Source of the DNA: a virus
Virus record (IMG/VR): IMGVR_UViG_3300033273_000208
Location: 1 to 64,000 of that record
Length of the DNA: 64,000 bases
Strand: one strand, 5' to 3'
The position numbers were made by a program, and so were the translations under genes. The notes beneath the pieces are model-generated. The model did not search any database and was not told the origin of the DNA. It saw nothing but the letters and a program-made list of their open reading frames with translations. How positions within the stretch are numbered: position 1 is the stretch's first letter; each line of letters starts with the position of its first letter. This document shows positions 41,601-47,600 of the stretch, piece by piece.

Positions 41601-44600
41601 CGAAGGTGGCGCTACCTATGGTGCACCTGGCACTGTCTCCAACACCGATACTGGTGCTTGTGCAGATGTTCAATCGGCAGTTGATACTTTGGCAACAGCG
41701 ATCACTGAGACGCTGCTTGGTAACCAAGACTTCGACGACATTGACGCCGAAGAACCCACATATAATACTACCGAAGAAAAATGCCGTCGTGACGTTGGTT
41801 ACTTCGTTGATGGTCTTGCGTCTGACGTTGGTCAGGGTGGCAACCTGGGTGTTGTTACCTGGGCACGTTTCTACTTCGAGAATGGAACTTTCATCAGCAA
41901 CGGTGTTGCTGGCGAAGAAGCAGAAACAATCACCGCTCTGAACAAAGCACGCGATCTTGCTAAAAGAGCAATCAACAACCTTCTGTATGAAAAGGATTTG
42001 ACAATCCTGTATGATCCTGCATCTTACGGTGGTTCTGCTCCTGGTCATGACTATGATGCAAACTACGCTTCTGGTACTAACCAAGATGCAAGCAACTGTG
42101 CGGACGTTCAGTCCACCATTGACACTCTGACTACGATTGCTACAACTGCAATCAACAACCAGACACTTGCAAATATCAACGCTCTGTCCTCCATCGATGA
42201 TGGTTCCTTCAGAGATGGTGAGACTATTCGTGTTATCAAGGTTGCATATAAGAACAAGTCCACAGGTCTGTTTAACAGATTGGATTCTGTTCGCGGTGTC
42301 ACCTCTGGTGCAACCATGACCCTGGAGGGTGTTAACTCTGGTCTTAAGTGGTTGTTTGCTTCCAGTGCAGGTGTCAATGGAACGTTCCAAGACGATGAGT
42401 ACATCACCAACTCCACCATCACCAACCCTGGTGCTGCACAAGTTACTCAGAGTGTTCTGAATGTCAAGTCCGACTTGGCAAACAGCACTAAGTCTCTGAA
42501 GTTTGTTGCAAACTCCTGGCTGAAGAAGGCAGAGTCCTACGATGTAGACTTCGGAACTGGCGATTTCACTCTGGAAGGATGGTTCTACCCCACTGGCATT
42601 GTTGGTCAGCAAACCCTCTTTGACTTCCGTCGTACAGCGACTGAGGGTCTCATGATTGAGATGAACAACGACACTCTCCGTGTTTATAGCGGTTCAGGTA
42701 CTGTCGTTATCATTTCCAATGCGGTCTTTACTGCTAACACCTGGCACCACGTTGCAGTCGTCAGAACATCTGGCGTGATGCTCGCATTCGTGGATGGTGT
42801 TCAAGCAGGTGGTAGTGCTACCAATAGCGATGACTTCGGATGGGGTCCTTGCTACATCGGTTCCGACTTGAATGGATCTAATGGTTTCATCGGTAATGCC
42901 GATCAGGTCGCAGTCTACAAGGGATATGCCAAGTTTACTTCGGCATTCACTGCACCCACTAGCAATGACTGGGATGATGAGAGAATCGTTCTTGGTCTGA
43001 ATGCTGAACAACCCTTCATCGTTTCTACTGCTGAGGTTTATGCTCAGTTCAGTGGTCAGACAGTATCGTCTGCAACTGCTAAGAGAATCGACTACGCCGA
43101 TAAGCGTGTAATCGTTGAGGACATTGATCTGGGTCGTGACTCCCATCGTGATGCGGCAGATCTTATCCTCAAGAACGATAAGTGGATCTCTGAGGTTGCT
43201 GTCGGTCGCATGAAGGCGAAGTATTCTGACTTCGTGTTGCCTGGTGATGATCCCGCAACCAACATATATCAAGGCACCTACTATTGCCTCCGCGACACCG
43301 AAGAGTACATCCTCGACGCTATCGTTAAGGATCTCAAGTATGGTGGTGATTACTATACAACCGTCGCGGCCAAGGGTTACCTGGAGAAAGATGGCAGTCT
43401 GGACTTCATCGGCAAAGAACTTCTGCAATCCCTGTACGCATGGGAGCAAGCAGGTGAACTCTGCAAGTACGTTGTTTCGACAACTGACACAGATCTGACC
43501 GATGCATACACTGAAAGACTCCGCATTCCTCTGACTGGTTCTGCTGCAACGCAGGCAGTTCTGGATAACATCGACGCTCTGACTCAGAACATTCTGAACA
43601 TCCTTGCACCTACTGGCGACCGCTTCCGCGACGCTGGCGATGCTCTGTGGTTGAACAGAACTTACATTGCTGAGGAAGTTGTTGGTTACATTGAGAACAA
43701 GTGGGAAGTTACCATCAATGGTACCTACTACGACAAACTGCAGATCCCTGGTGGTAACAACGGTCAGGTCTGCATCCGCGACATCAAGGAGTACATCATT
43801 CCTGCAATCATTGCTGACCTGCTCACAGGTGGTAATGCAGCAGTCAACGAAGTCATCGACTTCTACCTGAATGGTGAGCAAGATATCCTTCACGTCAGCG
43901 AAGAACTGCTGCCGATGCTGGATGCAATCTCCTACACCAAGTATCTGTCCACCAAGGCAATCAACCAACTGCTTGTTCAGTTCGGTCAAGCACCTGATCC
44001 TGCTCAGGGTTCTACAAACTACGACGATTACTACATCGCTCAGTACACTCAGGCAGTTCCCTACATCGATCACACGGTAACCGTGGATCCTCAGGGTTAT
44101 GACGCCAACCGCGCTGATAACAACCTGCTGATTGATGCAGCAGACATGATTGAAAGGAACAAGAAGCAGATTGCTTCTGAGGCAGTCATGAGAATGAATG
44201 ACCTCGCTAAGTTCCAAGATCTACAAATCCCTGGCGGTCAGCAGAACTGTATCGATGATGTGGTTGGTTTCATTGAGGCACTTGTCCACGACATTCGTCT
44301 GGGTGGCAACAGCAAGGTTTTTGATGCTGCTGAACTGTACATCGAACCTGAGAACAACTCCCTCCGTCACATTGAGAGTGAAGCAGAAGCATCCATCTAC
44401 GCATACAAGATGGCGAGAGACATCTGTGTTCTCGCAATGCGTAACGGATTCGGACGCGATAACATCTATGGCTATGGGTCTGGTGAGGAAAATGATCCTA
44501 GCGTTGAGTCTTACGATCAGAACCCACAATCCTCTCGCATCATTGATGCTGCAAACATCCTCGACAGAAATATCCGTTTCATTGCTGAGGAAGCAGTTTA

Positions 44601-47600
44601 TCGTACAACGATCCAGTATCCTTCCCTCACCATCCCTGGTGGCAACATCAACTGTGTCCACGACATTGCAGACACCCTGAATGCAATGGTCTTCAACATG
44701 AAGTACGGTGGCAACAACATGGTTTATGACGCTGCTGAGTTCTACGTGGGTACCTCTGGTCTCCAGCACGTTGCATCTCAGTCTGCTGAGTCTGTCTACG
44801 CATTCAACCAGGCACGCGACATTGCGATTCAGGTTATGCGTGCAGTGCCCGTTATCAACACTGGTAACGAGGTTCATGGGTTTGAGCAGAAGTATTATGA
44901 CGAGCTCGACTACGAACCCTACAAGTCCAAAACCCGCGACTATGTGACTCTGGATGAGGCTGCTCTGACTGGTGGCACTACTGCAAACCGCTCTCGTGCT
45001 GCTGACGCATACAACCTGATCTACAACAACGCTCGCTGGATTGCAGAAGGCACCGTCAATACCTTCGTGGCATCTAATAGTTGGACAATCCCTAACGGCA
45101 CCGAATCCTGTATCGATGATACTGAGCGTATCCTGAAAGGTGTTGCATATCACGTTGCTTACGGTGGTAACTCCTATGTCTGGGATTATGCAAACGAGTA
45201 TGTCCAAAATGGACACATCGGTTCTCCCCAGAACGGTTGGACGCAGGCGATCTTCAACTACATCAACAGCAATATCCTGCCCGATGTTATCCGCAACATC
45301 CAACCCACTGCAGCAAGTTCCTGGAACGCTGCAGGTCACACGGATCTTCAGCAATACAGAGATCTCACGATCACTACTGACGTGACCCAACCCGCATGTC
45401 CTACTGAGGTTGCTGCTGCTACAACGCTGCTGTCGATCGTTACCGATGCTGTGGTGAATGGCAACATGAACCACGCAGCTCGTACCGTTCCTCCTGGCGG
45501 TGGTGCATGTGCAAACGTTGAGTCTACAATCACAGATCTGTTTGCAATCGTCACCGATACAATCAACAACTACACCAGTCTGGGTGGCGTTCCTCGCACA
45601 CTGCCTAGCATCTGGCCTCTGAAGTACACCGCAGATTCTGCTGAGCGTGATCTCACCGTCACCTACGACAGTGCTGCTACTTCCTGGGGTACCACTTGCC
45701 AGAATGTTGAAACAACCATCAACGGTCTGTTTGATATCGTTCTGCAAACCATCACAGACGCAAGTGCTGCATCGCCCAGTAACTACCTGGATAGTATCTC
45801 TAGAACACTGCCCACAAACGGATTCACCAACACTCTGTATCAGCAATATACCTGCTACAACGTGATTGATGCTGCATGGACTCTGTTCGATCTGATGCTG
45901 GATAGTCTGGGTTCTGGTTCCTACTCAAACCGCCTGACTGCAGAGTTCATTCGTAAGAATGATCACGCGATTACTGCTCGTGCTGTGGCAGCAACCTTGG
46001 CACAGTATCCTTCGGGCGATATCCCCGATCAGGCATATGCACAGGATGTTCTTGAAGCATGTATCTACGATATTGCAACTAACGGCAACGCAGGTGCATT
46101 CAAACTCGCAAATGAATGGTTCGATGGTGAAGGTAACTTCATCGCTTACCCAGATATTCAGAGAATCCGCCTCCTGTACTGCATGAACAAGGTTCGTGAG
46201 TATGCGAAGGATGTGATGTTCAACTTCAATGATATTGATTGGTCTTTGTACGATGTTTGGAGTCCTGAGCAAGTTCAGGGTTATACTCCTCGCCTGGAAT
46301 GGGATCAGGAGAGCACCGAGTTCAATATGGATTCCTCGTTCAACTGCCTGGAGTTTGCTATCGAGCGTGGCACATTCCCCTCTGACAACGTGGTCACATT
46401 CGTTGCTTCCACGGACGCTCAGAACCTCACCAACTCCTATAACGAAGGACAAGACTACAACACAGACCCCGCTCTGGTTCTTCTCACTCCGACAATCGAA
46501 GTTGGTTGGGAGCGCGAAGAAAATCGCGTACGCATCAACCGTACCAACTTCTTCCGCCGTGGCGATGTTCTGAAATATGTCCTCGCTTCTGCAACTTCCC
46601 TGGACGGTGCGAACGATCAAGATTACTACTACGTTCTCAACGCAGAACCGCAGTGGTTTGAGATCTCTCGTATGTCGAAGCACGATGCTCGCTTCCGCGA
46701 CTTCACTTTCGATCTTAACAACACAGGTAACCAGCAGTTCTTCACTGCTCGTCGTGCAGGTGTTACTCGCGTTGCCAACGATTATGGAACACGCGATATC
46801 CAGACCCCCATCTCTGCTGGATTCAACATCGCAGACGTGCTCGTGGGCACGACAACTGGTGCTTCCGCCGAAGTATCGTCTACCTTTATCAATAACGCAA
46901 AGATTGTTAAGACCTTCAAATACTATGGTCTTGAAACGATGTCTGAGACTACCTTCATCGACGGCGAACAAGTTGTCGTGCAGGGTGCCGTCACAAACAA
47001 CGGTTATGTCATGCAGCACGTCATTCCTGACGAGTTTGACAACGGTTGGATCAAACTTGAAACACTCCAAGGCACAATCTCTCAGGGAGATACCATTGAG
47101 GGCATCACATCTGGTGCAACTGCGGTTGTAACTGCAGTTGAGGAAGATCGCCTGCTTCTCAATGCCAAGACTGGTATCTTTAGTCAGGGTGACTGGTTGT
47201 TCAAGAAAGATACCGCAACCGAAGCATATATTGATGTCTTCAATGACAAGCGTGGTGTTCTTACCGCAACTGACGGTGGTCGCATCACTATGGACGTTGA
47301 AACAATCAATAGTTCCTGGGAAACTGGCGATGTAATCTACGGTTCCATCACAGACAAGTATCTTGATCTGGTTGGTATTGATGACCAGGGACAAGCAATC
47401 TCCGTGAACACCTACGTGCACGGTCAGAAAATCTACAAACTGTCCCTCTCTAGCGTCTCACGCGATACGGGTTACACGGGCGACTTTGTTTCTGGTGATA
47501 CCGTATATCTGCTGCAAGGCACAACCGTTGCGGTACCTGGCATTACAGCAACTGTATCCCAGTGGGATTATCGCCCCGAGGATGGTGTAAATGATCTTTA

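Noticed and set aside
34444-47421. Long minus-strand ORFs (up to 541 aa) opposite gp7 and other structural genes
   Set aside because: They are in register with the plus-strand frame, have no recognisable motifs, and are explained by codon bias leaving few antisense stops.
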